A DNA stretch of 64,000 nucleotides, taken from an uncultured Planctomycetota bacterium (GTDB taxonomy: Bacteria; Planctomycetota; Planctomycetia; Isosphaerales; Isosphaeraceae). The stretch covers positions 896,001 to 960,000 of the forward strand of contig CAWGMQ010000004.1 of assembly GCA_963823665.1 (NCBI GenBank). Reading direction: 5' to 3'. Positions 43,259 through 53,641 of this stretch are shown piece by piece. The translations under genes were made by a program, and so were the position numbers. Every line of letters starts with the position of its first letter. Within the stretch, counting starts at the first letter, position 1. The notes under the pieces are model-generated. The model saw only the letters and a program-made list of their open reading frames with translations, was not told the DNA's origin and did no database searches.

Positions 43259-44956
43259 TCACCCACCCGCCGCGAGATAACGCTCGATCGGCGGCCGTTT
43301 GAGATGGTCGCCGGTGGCGTGCTGGAACGCACGCGCCACCGCCAAGAGCGTCGACTCGTCGTAAAGCCGTCCGGTGAGGACGACCGATCCGGGCATGTCG
43401 CGTCCGTCGCGGTCGCGGAATCCCATCGGGAAAACCACGCTCGGATGTCCCGTCAAGTTCGTGATCGCCAGATCCTGGCCCGAGCCGACGTAGAGGTCAA
43501 CCGCGGCCATCCGCTCTTCCATCGCGTGCATCAGCTTGGTCCGCACTCGGGCAGCCCGGAGATATTCGACCGCCGGAACAAATTCCCCCTGGCGGAAGGT
43601 GTCGGGCCAGGAATTCAAGCCCTCGGTGACGTGCTTTCTCGTGATCTCATCGAAAGCGGCCGAGGCTTCGGTTCCCAGCATCAGCGTGATCGCCCGCACG
43701 GGAAGCTCGTTGGGAAGTGTGATCGGCACCAGCTCCAGCCCGAGCTTGCGCAGGATTCTCAGCTCCTCACGCTCTTCACTCGAGCGCCGGGGTTCTTCGA
43801 TGTAGCCGACCTTGAGCGTTCCCAGATCGCGCCGCGGAGGCCACTCGAACGGCTGGTCGACGGCGGCGAAGTCGTGCCCGTCGGCGCCATGGATCGCGTC
43901 GAAGACGAGCGCACAGTCCTCGACCGAGCGGGTGATCGGTCCCAGCTTGTCCATGGTCCACGCAAGCGTCATACACCCGTGCCGGCTCACGCGTCCAAAC
44001 GTCGGCCTCAGTCCGGTCGCCCCGCACGCCCTGCACGGTGAGACGATGCTCCCCAGCGTTTCGCTGCCGATCGCAAACCCGACCAGACCGGCGGCCGCGG
44101 CCGACGCAGATCCAGCCGAGCTGCCGCTCGACCCGGTTCGCGGGTCCCACGGACTGCGGGTGCGCCCGCCGAACCACATATCGCCCATGGCGAGCGCCCC
44201 CAGCGACAATTTGGCGAGCATGACCGCACCGGCTTCCTCTAGCCGCGCCGCAACCGTCGCCTTGCCGTCGATCACGCGGCCCTTGAACGGCGTCGCTCCC
44301 CACGTCGTGGGATAGCCCGGATAACTGATCAAGTCCTTGGCGCCCCAGGGTATGCCATGAAGCGCGCCGCGATAATGGCCCGCGGCGATCTCCCGATCCG
44401 CCTGTGCCGCCTGCTTGAGTGCAACGTCTTCCGTGAGCGTCACGACGCACTTGAGAAGTGGATCGAATCGTTTGAGCCGATCGAGATAAAGCTTGGTGAG
44501 CTCGGTCGAGCTCACCTGCCGGCTTCGGATGAGCGACGATAGCTCGACGACCGTGAGGAACGCCAGCTCCTCCGCAGATTCGGGCCGGCGAACCACCGGC
44601 GTCTCGACAGGAGTCGCCTGATTACGCTTGACAGCCGCCGCCGGCCGGGGCGGCGCCGGGAAAAACGTCAGGGCTGGGGCGACATCGTAACCGACATCGA
44701 CCTTGCGCAGCTCGGCAAATGAGGCGAGGCTCTGCTGCACGGACCGCGCGGTGCGCGTTCGCTCATCCTCGGTCAGCTCCAGTCCGGCGATCCACTCGGC
44801 CTGCTTGATCATGTCCTTCGTGACGGCGCCTGCCTGAGCTGCCTGAGCTGCGACCGCCCGGCGAAAAGTCAAGGTGCCGGCCCCCACAACCGCCAGCCCC
44901 TTCAGAATCGTCCGTCGAGATGGGTTTTGATGACCGTCGTCTTGATGCTTCGTCAC
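43259..44956 (-). CDS. Amidase-signature family enzyme with Tat-like signal
   Basis: SRRTILKG; WGAKDL, GSSGSSAGSA and GSETLGSIVSP (Lys-Ser-Ser triad). Confidence 0.93.
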   Translation of the reverse strand: MTKHQDDGHQNPSRRTILKGLAVVGAGTLTFRRAVAAQAAQAGAVTKDMIKQAEWIAGLELTEDERTRTARSVQQSLASFAELRKVDVGYDVAPALTFFPAPPRPAAAVKRNQATPVETPVVRRPESAEELAFLTVVELSSLIRSRQVSSTELTKLYLDRLKRFDPLLKCVVTLTEDVALKQAAQADREIAAGHYRGALHGIPWGAKDLISYPGYPTTWGATPFKGRVIDGKATVAARLEEAGAVMLAKLSLGALAMGDMWFGGRTRSPWDPRTGSSGSSAGSASAAAAGLVGFAIGSETLGSIVSPCRACGATGLRPTFGRVSRHGCMTLAWTMDKLGPITRSVEDCALVFDAIHGADGHDFAAVDQPFEWPPRRDLGTLKVGYIEEPRRSSEEREELRILRKLGLELVPITLPNELPVRAITLMLGTEASAAFDEITRKHVTEGLNSWPDTFRQGEFVPAVEYLRAARVRTKLMHAMEERMAAVDLYVGSGQDLAITNLTGHPSVVFPMGFRDRDGRDMPGSVVLTGRLYDESTLLAVARAFQHATGDHLKRPPIERYLAAGG

Positions 44957-45090
44957 GAACCTGCCCCCGTTTGATTGGTACCACGATCTCGCGCGTACCG
45001 AGCAATCGTGAACCAGATTTCAGCGGAGGACAAGCCCACACCGGTCACAATGTCGTGATCAGCGAGAAGACTCGAAGTCGCCGTTCATCT

Positions 45091-45141
45091 GAATCACTTT
45101 CGAGTCGCAGTGATTCGTGCGATAATCGCGTCCACGCGATT
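45091..45141 (+). promoter_or_regulatory. Possible extended -10 promoter flanked by two palindromes upstream of the ATPase-PIN operon
   Basis: TGCGATAAT (45118-45126); GAATCACT-N10-AGTGATTC (45091-45116); AATCGCGT-CC-ACGCGATT (45124-45141). Confidence 0.4.
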
Positions 45142-45171
45142 GCTAATTGCAGAGCGAGGGCCTTAGCCGTT

Positions 45172-46545
45172 ATGTCCAAGTCGAACGGAAAGTCCAAGGA
45201 CACACCGCAGAGCCTGCCGACGATTTCGACCATCTCAGTGGCGGGCTTCAAGTCGATTTCAACAGAACGGACGCTCCAGATCAGGCCGCTGACGATTCTC
45301 GCCGGCGCGAACAGTTCCGGAAAGTCGAGCATGATGCAGCCCCTGCTGCTTCTGAAACAAACATTGGAAGCGTAATACGACCCCGGTCCGCTGCTGCTCA
45401 ATGGCCCCAACGTACGTTTCACCTCGGTGAACCAGTTCTGGCCAGTTTCCGGCGACTCGACACAGTTCGTCATCACGGTCGGAGCGTCTAACGCCCACAA
45501 AATCGGTCTTGCATTCTGCCGCGAAAAGAACCAGCGGGGATTGATCATCGCGTACACGCAATACTACTTCGCTCAATCCAATTTCAAGCTCTCCCAACAG
45601 ACAACAGCTCGTCAGCTAGGCGATTTCATCCGGACAAAGCTTGAAGATGATCAAGCCGCTCCGGAGACTCACGAAAAGGGACGGCAGACGGTACAGGGCG
45701 AGATCAGAAGGTCGCGGTCCTTCCTGGAATTCGTAATTCAACAGACTGAACAACCCGCCGGAACACAGCCGTTCTGGCTTCCGGCGTTTCTCTCTCCCCG
45801 GAGCTACGATTTTGACGAGATCGTCAAACGTGTGATGGACGTCATCCACCTTCCCGGACTCCGGGGAAATCCTGAGCGTATGTATCCAGTTACCGCCGTT
45901 GGCCAGACATATCCCGGCACATTCGAGAGCTATGCTGCGAGCTTGATTGACCACTGGAGCTCCGAGTCGCCGGAAACGTTGAAGGGGCTCGGAGATGACC
46001 TCAAGACACTTGGCCTGACCTGGAAAATCGACGCGAAGCGCGTCGCTGATACCCACGTCGAATTGCACGTCGGACGCATGCCGCGTCCCAAGAAGGGCGG
46101 CGCTTCTGACCTTGTGAGCATCGCGGATGTGGGGTTCGGTGTGTCCCAGACGCTGCCGGTCGTCGTTGCGCTCCGCGCCGCCCGACCAGGCCAGCTTGTG
46201 TATGCCGAGCAGCCCGAGATTCACCTCCATCCCCGAGCACAGGTCGCGATGGCGAGACTCCTGGTCAACGCCGCCAAACGCGGAGTCCGCGTCGTTGCAG
46301 AGACGCACAGCTCGCTGATCTTGCTCGCGCTTCAGACGCTAATTGCCGAAGGCGCGATCACGCCCGATCTTGTCGGACTCAACTGGTTCGTGAGAAATGG
46401 AAAGAACGGCACCACTCGGATCGAAACCGCGGAGCTCGACTCGGCCGGCCGGTTCGGCGACTGGCCGGAAGACTTCGACGAGGTGGCGCTCAAAACCGAG
46501 ACCGCGTACCTCTCGGCCGCCGAAGCCCGCCTTGCCCGGAGTTGA
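45172..46545 (+). pseudogene. ABC-type ATPase (AAA_15/AAA_21 plus DUF3696-like) interrupted by an in-frame TAA at 45373-45375
   Basis: GFKSI, Walker A GANSSGKSS, then LKQTLEA*YDPGPLLLNG in the same frame; signature VGFGVSQTLP, EQPEIHLHP, ETHS and C-terminal GRFGDWPEDF. Confidence 0.82.
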
Positions 46546-47078
46546 TCCGCGTGGCGAAGACGCCCTCCCGAATACTCGTCATCGACGCCTCAATCGCCGC
46601 GGCCTCGGGCGATACATCCAAGCATCCCACCGCCGCAAACTGCTGCGATTTCCTGAATGCCGTCCTCAGAATCTGCCATCGCATCGTGGTAACCCCGCCC
46701 ATTCGCGACGAGTGGAACGAACACCAATCGCAATTCGCAAGAAAGTGGCGGCTGGCAATGATGAAGCGCAGGAAAGTGGAAATCGTGCAAGTGAGTGCTC
46801 ATCATTCGATCGACGAGCAGATCGAGAGCGCAAAACTCCACGATTCCGTGACCGCCATCATCGACAAGGACCGACACCTCCTCGAGGCGGCTGCCCTCGC
46901 GACCGACAAGCGGATCGCCTCGCTGGATGACCGAGTCCGCAATCACCTGCGAGCCAATGCCGCCAAGTTGCCAAGGGTGCGGCCGATCTGCTGGATCAAT
47001 CCAAACGTCGCCGGCGAGCTTCCAATTGTTTGGCTCGAATCAGGCGCACCGGCTGAGAAGTCACGAATGCTGGGATGA
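46542..47078 (+). CDS. PIN-domain-like protein (putative RNase)
   Basis: ILVIDAS...IVVTPPIRDEW...DKDRHLLEAA...IASLD has the acidic-residue spacing of PIN domains; overlaps the ATPase stop. Confidence 0.68.
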   Translation: MIRVAKTPSRILVIDASIAAASGDTSKHPTAANCCDFLNAVLRICHRIVVTPPIRDEWNEHQSQFARKWRLAMMKRRKVEIVQVSAHHSIDEQIESAKLHDSVTAIIDKDRHLLEAAALATDKRIASLDDRVRNHLRANAAKLPRVRPICWINPNVAGELPIVWLESGAPAEKSRMLG

Positions 47079-47101
47079 CATCCGCGCAATAATTGCCGTC
47101 C

Positions 47102-50100
47102 TCACTTCTCCCCCCACCACCACAACTTCGGCATCGCCTTCTTCTCCGGCCAGATCCGCTCCAGCGAATCCCCCTCATAAAGCTCGCCGTTTTTCATCAC
47201 GTAACGGATCAAGCTCGTATTATGGATATCCTTGAGCGGATCTGCCGAAAGCACCACGAGGTCGGCCAGTTTGCCCGGCTCGATGCTTCCCAGATCTTGC
47301 GCATAACCGATCGCCTCGGCCCCGTGCAGTGTGGCCGCACGCAAGACCTCGAGCGGCTGCCACCCCCCACTCGCGAGCGCCCACATCTCCCAGTGATAGC
47401 CGATACCCTGCATCTCGCCATGGCTGCCAATGCATACGTGCCCGCCGGCGCGCGCCACCTTGGCCGCCGACTCGGCAATCAAGGGAAAGACATGTTCGTC
47501 TTTGTGAAACCAGGCCGATCGCCTCACTGTTCCATCCAGGATGTCGTGCGGGATGAACCGCCGGATCTTGGGGTCATCGTGAATCGCCGTCGTCGTGAAG
47601 AAAAACGTCTCACCCCACGGCCCACCGTAGGCAACCAGCAAGGTCGGCGTGTACGAAATCCCGGTGCTCGCGAAGAGCTTGACCACGTCTCCGAACAAGG
47701 GCACCACCGGTAGCGAGTGTTCATTGCCGCTGAATCCGTCCAGGGCATGAGTCAAGTTCAGCTTGAGATCGAGCCCTCCCTCCGTGGTCGGCATGATCTC
47801 GTTTTTGTGGCAGGCCTCAATCATCCATTGCCGCTGCCGCCGGTTGCCGACCATGTACGACTTGAGCGTGTTCGTGCGGTAGTACTTCTTGTAGCGAGCG
47901 ACCACTCCTTCAACTTCTTCCGCCGACTGAAAATCGGTGTTGGAAAAGACACCCGGGCCGGTCGAGAACGCCCGCGGACCGGGCAGCTCTCCAATATCGA
48001 TCAAGTCTTGATACGCGAACATGTCGTTCGTGCCGGTCTGCGGGTCGCGGCCGGTTGTCACGCCATAGGCGAGGTTGGCGAAGAAGCTCCACGTCTGAGT
48101 GTCAAGAATCGACCGCCGCACCCGCCAGTGCGCGTGCGTATCGACAAAACCCGGGACGATCGTCATCTTTGATGCATCAACGACCTTCGCCCCATCGGGC
48201 ACCTTGGCCGAGCCCGCCGCACCGACCGATATAATGCGGTTGTCGGTCACGACGATTTCGCCTTCCGGAATGATCTCATCCGCCCGCATCGTGATGATCT
48301 TCGCACCCTTTAACACGATTGTGCCCCGCGGCCGGCTCCTCGGCCGCTCGACCACGATCGCCACCTCATCGGCTTTCGGCTTCTGCTCCTTCTTCTCGGC
48401 CGCGGCTTTCTCCTTGTCTTCATCCGCGACAGCCTCTTCGGGTTTGAGCGCATCGAAGACAACCGAGTCAAACGCCACGCGAAACACGCTCGAGCCGACG
48501 GCCCATGTGATCGTCTTACCGCCGTCAGCCCAGCCGGCGTAGTCGGCACCAATATCCGTGAGTTTCTTGAGAGGCAACGTCGCCTCATGCACCGATACCT
48601 TGGGCGCCTCGCCGCCGAATCGGGGAAGGGCCAGGAGATAAAGCTGGTTCGTGACCAACGCCAGTGCCCAGCGCCCATCTGGCCGCGCGATGATCATCTG
48701 GGCGCTGTCGGGCATGTTCGGCGAATATCCGTTCTTGCCGGTCACTGCGAGATGCGTACGACGATCGGTGCCGTCAAACCGCATCGAGACCAGCCCTCCG
48801 GGCGTGGTGAAATAAATGCGCTCCGGGTCGTCGGCGAAATGGGGCCGATTCGCGCCACGGGCCGGGCTGATCACCGTCGGGTCTCCTCCCTGCGACGGCA
48901 CCCAGACCAGGTCGAGACTTGTCACCGAGTCAAACGCACTCTCGTTCCGCTCGCGCCTGGAGTGCGCGTAGCGCCACGATTCGCTTGCCGTCCGGCGACC
49001 AGACCGGATCGCGGTAGAACGCCGGGATGCGCGTGAGCTGCTGCGGTTCGCCCGTTCCGTCAGCAGACCGCTTCCATAAGTACCCGCCTTCGGGCGCCCA
49101 GTTCACATAAACGAGCGTCTTGCCGTCCGGCGACCAGCTCGGGTGAAACTCGCGCGCTTCGCCCGAAGTGAGCTGCCGCGGCTTGCCGTCCGGCAAATCG
49201 ACCGTGTAGAGCTTCGTGAGCGCCGAGAACGCAAGCTGCTTGCCGTCGGGCGAAAGCTCCGGCTCCTGAATCAGCCGCGCCTTCACAGGTCCATCGTCGA
49301 CCCTGAGCGGAAAATTCAGCCTCGAGCCGACTGGCAGGGAAACCCGCACGGAGATCGGGATCACCGTGTCGGCACCGCTCTGCACATCCAGACGATGAAT
49401 CTTGCCGCCGTAAACGGCCAGCACGAACTTCCCGTCGGGTGTGAACGCGAATCCCGGGATCAAATCCCGCGTGAACCGCGATTCCTGCTCGTCGCGCTGC
49501 ACCGGCAGCTTGAGCCACTTCTCTTCTCCGCTTGCCAGCTCGCGAATGCGCAGACCGGTCTGATTGTCGACCCGGGTTCCGTAAACCAGCTTCGAGCCGT
49601 CCGGTGAAAGACCGGGCCGGAAGCCACTCCCCGGCGCATCCGTGACCGTATCTTCATCACCCGTCGTGCGATCGCGCCGTGCAATCTGGGAAAGTGGGAA
49701 GTCGAGGTTGTTATAAGCATTGAAGAGCTTGTTCCGCTTCGTGTAATACACGTGCTTCCCGTCGCGCGATGAAACCGGGCCGATCGCATGCACATAATCA
49801 TCCCGGTCCGGGTCAGGCTTGGTTTTTCCCTTTGTGATCGCGACCCCGGCTCCGCCGCGAACGTGATACATCCAGACCTCGAATGCACCCCATGGCAACT
49901 GCGGCTGCCGCGAGACCAGCACGTAGTCTCCATCGGGAGTCCACGACGGCGAAACAAAAAGCGACTGCTTGTCCTTGGAGAGCGGCCGCGCCCCCGAGCC
50001 GTCTTTGGCCGCAATCCACAAGTTCTCGGCGCCATCGTGGTCGCTCACGAACGCGATCCACTTGCCGTCGGGCGAATACCGCGGCGTACTGTCGTACGCT

Positions 50101-50480
50101 TGCCCGGATGTAATCGCCTTCGCATCGCCCCCTTCAATTCCCACCGCATAAAGATCGCCAAGCAGGTCGAACAGAATGGTCTTGCCGTCCGGCGAAACAT
50201 CGAGCGAGACCCAGGTGCCCTCGTCGGTCGTGAATTCGATCGTGCGGTCCGATTTCAGGGGCAGGGGCGGCGTTTTCTTCTTCGGTTCGTCTTTTTTCTC
50301 CTTGTCTTTCGGCTCTTGCTTCTCTTTCTCCTTCTCCTTTTCCTTGTCCTTCGGCTGCCCGTCCTGAACAGCCCGGGCCGGCTCGGCCCACGACGACAGG
50401 AGCGGCGAGCCCACCGCGATCACAAGAACAATGAGGAAACCCGCGCCCCGACCCGCCGCGATCAGACGTCGCCTGAACAT
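47102..50480 (-). CDS. Secreted amidohydrolase with N-terminal TolB-like (PD40) beta-propellers; frameshift near 48960
   Basis: TDEGTWVSLDVSPDG and repeated P.WSPDG; PGFVDTHAH, GVTTGRDP, GSHGEMQG and GSIEPGKLADLVVL. Confidence 0.9.
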
Positions 50481-50550
50481 GTTGGAACCCTTCTGAGTTA
50501 AACTTTCTCCCGCCCCGACCCTTGCAAGAGCGGCTCACGTGGCGGCGACA

Positions 50551-50997
50551 TCAGGGCTCAGCCTCGATGAGCTGCTTGAGCGCTTTCATCTGCTTCTCGA
50601 TCACGGTGCGCATGATCGGACCGGAGAACGCCCCGGCGAGCATCTTGAACGCAAGATTGCGGAACGTGACCTCGGAGACAAATTCAAGATGTGTGTGTTT
50701 CTTGACTTTCGTGAGGAGATAATCGACCTGGACCGACATCCCTTTGTTATAAACCCGTGCGCCGAGATGATGGGGCCGGTGGTAAGCCGTCACCTCGCCG
50801 TCATAGACGTCGACTTTCTTCCCCTCCCGGATCTTTTGCTGAAACTTGGAGCCGACAGGCTTTTTGGAGTTGTATCCCGGCTCGCGGATCGTCTCCTCGA
50901 GCCCTTCCAGCCACAGCTTGTGCTTGTTTTCGTCGTTGATGAAGTCGAAGACCTTGGTGATCGTCGCTTCGATATCAATTGCGCAAGTATTCTTCAT
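50551..50997 (-). CDS. SRPBCC (START/polyketide cyclase) family protein
   Basis: IDIEATITKVFDFI.D...W; 148 aa with a C-terminal helix MKALKQLIE. Confidence 0.82.
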   Translation of the reverse strand: MKNTCAIDIEATITKVFDFINDENKHKLWLEGLEETIREPGYNSKKPVGSKFQQKIREGKKVDVYDGEVTAYHRPHHLGARVYNKGMSVQVDYLLTKVKKHTHLEFVSEVTFRNLAFKMLAGAFSGPIMRTVIEKQMKALKQLIEAEP

Positions 50998-51015
50998 GTC
51001 CGAACTTCACGATCC

Positions 51016-53160
51016 TCAAGGATTCTTACGCTTGGCGGAAAAAACGCCCGCCGCGGTGCTCAGCGCCAGGACCGAGACCTTGCCGCCGGAGTCGGTGACG
51101 AAGTGGATCGACGTTCCCGACTGCTCCTTGATATTGAAGCCGTCGTCGCGGTCGGGCAAGAGCGTCGCGGGCGCCTGGCCCTGCACGTCGAGCATGAGAA
51201 CGCTGCCTTCCAGCCGCACGCTCACGGTGTTGCCGGCCAGCTCGAATTCCCCCGTGAACTTCTTGAGATACTCGGGGTCTGACAGCTTCGCGTCGGGCTT
51301 CTTCGAGAACACGATCGGCTTGATCCGAGACTCGAACGGCACCGATACGCTCTCGACATACCCCTTCAAACCCGTCACGAACTGCAATTTCATGTCCGCA
51401 AACGCCGGGTCTTTGGGGTTCTTGAGCGCATTCCAGACCTCGAAATGCCAGTGCTCGAGCTCCGCATCGATGCCGTTGAATCGGAAAGTAAGCTTGCCGT
51501 CGCGCAGCTCGACCTGTGCCTCGCCGTAGCCTGGGTGCTCATAAACGCCGGCGTATTCCTCCAGCGGATGCGACGGCGACGTTCCCGGCCGTCGCATCGC
51601 CGTTTTCTTGGTCTTCGCAACCTTGGCTGCCTGCTTGGCCGTTTGCTTCTTCTTGAGCGCCTCACCGGCCCAGTCGATCGGCGCGAGCGAGAGAATGCGG
51701 TCGGCCGCATGCCGCGAGATCATCTCGGGAAGCTGAGTTCCATTCATGTTGGAAAGCACAACGATCCCCAGGCCGTCGTGAGGAAACACGGTCGTCATTG
51801 CCGAGAACCCGTCGATTCCGCCGCCATGCACGACCCGGCGGTGGCCGCGATAGTCGTCGACACCCCATCCCAGTCCATAGCCTGCCGGACCGATCTCGGG
51901 GCGGTCCTGCGGCGTCCCGGTCGTCATGTGCGGTGTCTGGATCTCGGCCAGCACCCTCGGGCTCAATATCTGCCGCCCCGCGAATTTTCCCTTCTGCGAA
52001 TTGACGACGAGCCACCGGGCCATGTCCGTCACGCTCGCGTTGATCGATCCCGCCGGGCCCGCATTGGTGATGTCGCGAAACGGTATCTCCACGATCCGAT
52101 CATCACGATCATCGTACGGCTTGGCAAAGTCAGCCGTCTTCTGTGAATCCTTGACCGAAAAATTCGCGCCCGTCATCTCGAGCGGCTCGAAGATCCGCTT
52201 GCGCACCGCGTCTTCCCAGGGCATTCCGGTCAAGTAGTCGACCAGGTAGCCGGCCGTCATGAACATGATATTGTTATATTGAAATTTGCTGCGAATCGGC
52301 TCACTGGGCTCGAGATAAGGGAGCCGGCGAACGATCTCCTTGCGGGAGAGCGAGGCGTTGTACCAGACCAGGTCGTGCCGGGGCAGGCCCGACCGGTGCG
52401 TGACCAGGTCCCGCGCCGAGAGGAGATCGGATGCGGCCCGATCAAAGAGCTGGATCTCCGGAACATAGCTGCGAACCGGCTTGTCCCATTCGAGCTTGCC
52501 TTCGTCGACCAGTGTGCCCATCACGAAGGTGGTGAACGCCTTGGTGCACGACCCGATCGGGAAGAGCGTTTTCGCTGTCACCGGAAGCTTGCCGGCCACG
52601 TCGCGCATGCCGAAGCCTCCGGCCAGGATCACTTCGCCGTTCTTGACGATGGCAATCGCCAGTCCCGGAACCTCCCAGTCGTGGATCGCCTGGCTGACGA
52701 ATGAATCGTAACCGGCGAGCGACTGCCTGGCGAGCGCGACCGGATCAGGGCCGCGATCCAGTTGGAATTCAAACGAGTTTCCTCCCTGCGTGAACGTGCC
52801 CTTGATCCTCTTTCCCTGCTCTTCGAGCTTACCTTTGAAGACCGGGTTGCCCGGAACATCCTTGATCTCGAAACCGACATCGGCTGTCTTGGCTTCGATC
52901 TTTCCGAGCGGCAGGTCCTTGGCCCCCTGCGCGGGGATCGAGATCTGCCCCTGCCAGACCCCGTCCTTCGCGGCCGAGAAAACGACGTCGATCTCGAGCG
53001 GTTTCACCGGCGTGGCGATCTGCCCGTGCCAGTGGCCCGTGATGGTGGGATCATCCGCAGCGAGCAGTGATGACGCAGGCGAAAGGGCCAGGACGAGTGC
53101 GACCAGGGCCAATCGCGGCGCTCTGCGTCGCGATCGGGCGATCTTGCAATCACGGGTCAT
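51016..53160 (-). CDS. Beta-lactamase-family serine hydrolase with DUF3471-like C-terminus
   Basis: FPIGSCTK (SxxK), LVTHRSG, FQYNN, HGGGIDGF and YAGVYEHPGYG; start ATG 53160 after GGGAG. Confidence 0.9.
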   Translation of the reverse strand: MTRDCKIARSRRRAPRLALVALVLALSPASSLLAADDPTITGHWHGQIATPVKPLEIDVVFSAAKDGVWQGQISIPAQGAKDLPLGKIEAKTADVGFEIKDVPGNPVFKGKLEEQGKRIKGTFTQGGNSFEFQLDRGPDPVALARQSLAGYDSFVSQAIHDWEVPGLAIAIVKNGEVILAGGFGMRDVAGKLPVTAKTLFPIGSCTKAFTTFVMGTLVDEGKLEWDKPVRSYVPEIQLFDRAASDLLSARDLVTHRSGLPRHDLVWYNASLSRKEIVRRLPYLEPSEPIRSKFQYNNIMFMTAGYLVDYLTGMPWEDAVRKRIFEPLEMTGANFSVKDSQKTADFAKPYDDRDDRIVEIPFRDITNAGPAGSINASVTDMARWLVVNSQKGKFAGRQILSPRVLAEIQTPHMTTGTPQDRPEIGPAGYGLGWGVDDYRGHRRVVHGGGIDGFSAMTTVFPHDGLGIVVLSNMNGTQLPEMISRHAADRILSLAPIDWAGEALKKKQTAKQAAKVAKTKKTAMRRPGTSPSHPLEEYAGVYEHPGYGEAQVELRDGKLTFRFNGIDAELEHWHFEVWNALKNPKDPAFADMKLQFVTGLKGYVESVSVPFESRIKPIVFSKKPDAKLSDPEYLKKFTGEFELAGNTVSVRLEGSVLMLDVQGQAPATLLPDRDDGFNIKEQSGTSIHFVTDSGGKVSVLALSTAAGVFSAKRKNP

Positions 53161-53206
53161 CGACTGTCTCCCTGGCGGTTCCATCTCACGAATGATCGGC
53201 TGTGTC

Positions 53207-53632
53207 TCAGTCATCGCCCGATGGTGTCGTCCGCCGCGCCTGCTTGGTCTCGCCGCGGCGGCGTTTGGTCTCGAGCCTGCGCTTTCGAGACGCCTTGGTC
53301 GGCTTGGTCGCCCGGCGTGGGGTGGGTCGAACGGCCGCGCGCTCGAGCAGCTCGACGAAGCGCTCGATCGCGTCGCGGCGGTTCGACTCCTGAGTACGCC
53401 CGGCCCGGGCATGAATCGTGAGAAATCCATCGTCGCCGAAGCGTCTGCCGGCCAGGCGAATCAGCCGCGCCCGCACGTCTTCGGGCAGCGAGCCCGAGCC
53501 GCGTGCATCGAATCGGAGCCGGACGGCCGTTGAGACTTTGTTGACGTTCTGGCCGCCCGGGCCCGATGACCGTATGAAGTCGAATTCGAGCTCACGCTCG
53601 TCGATCACGATGCCACGGTTGAGTCGGATCAT
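53207..53632 (-). CDS. arfB: Alternative ribosome-rescue peptidyl-tRNA hydrolase ArfB
   Basis: RSSGPGGQNVNKVSTAV, RTQESNR and the basic tail RRATKPTKASRKRRLETKRRRG. Confidence 0.95.
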   Translation of the reverse strand: MIRLNRGIVIDERELEFDFIRSSGPGGQNVNKVSTAVRLRFDARGSGSLPEDVRARLIRLAGRRFGDDGFLTIHARAGRTQESNRRDAIERFVELLERAAVRPTPRRATKPTKASRKRRLETKRRRGETKQARRTTPSGDD

Positions 53633-53641
53633 AGCGGGTTT

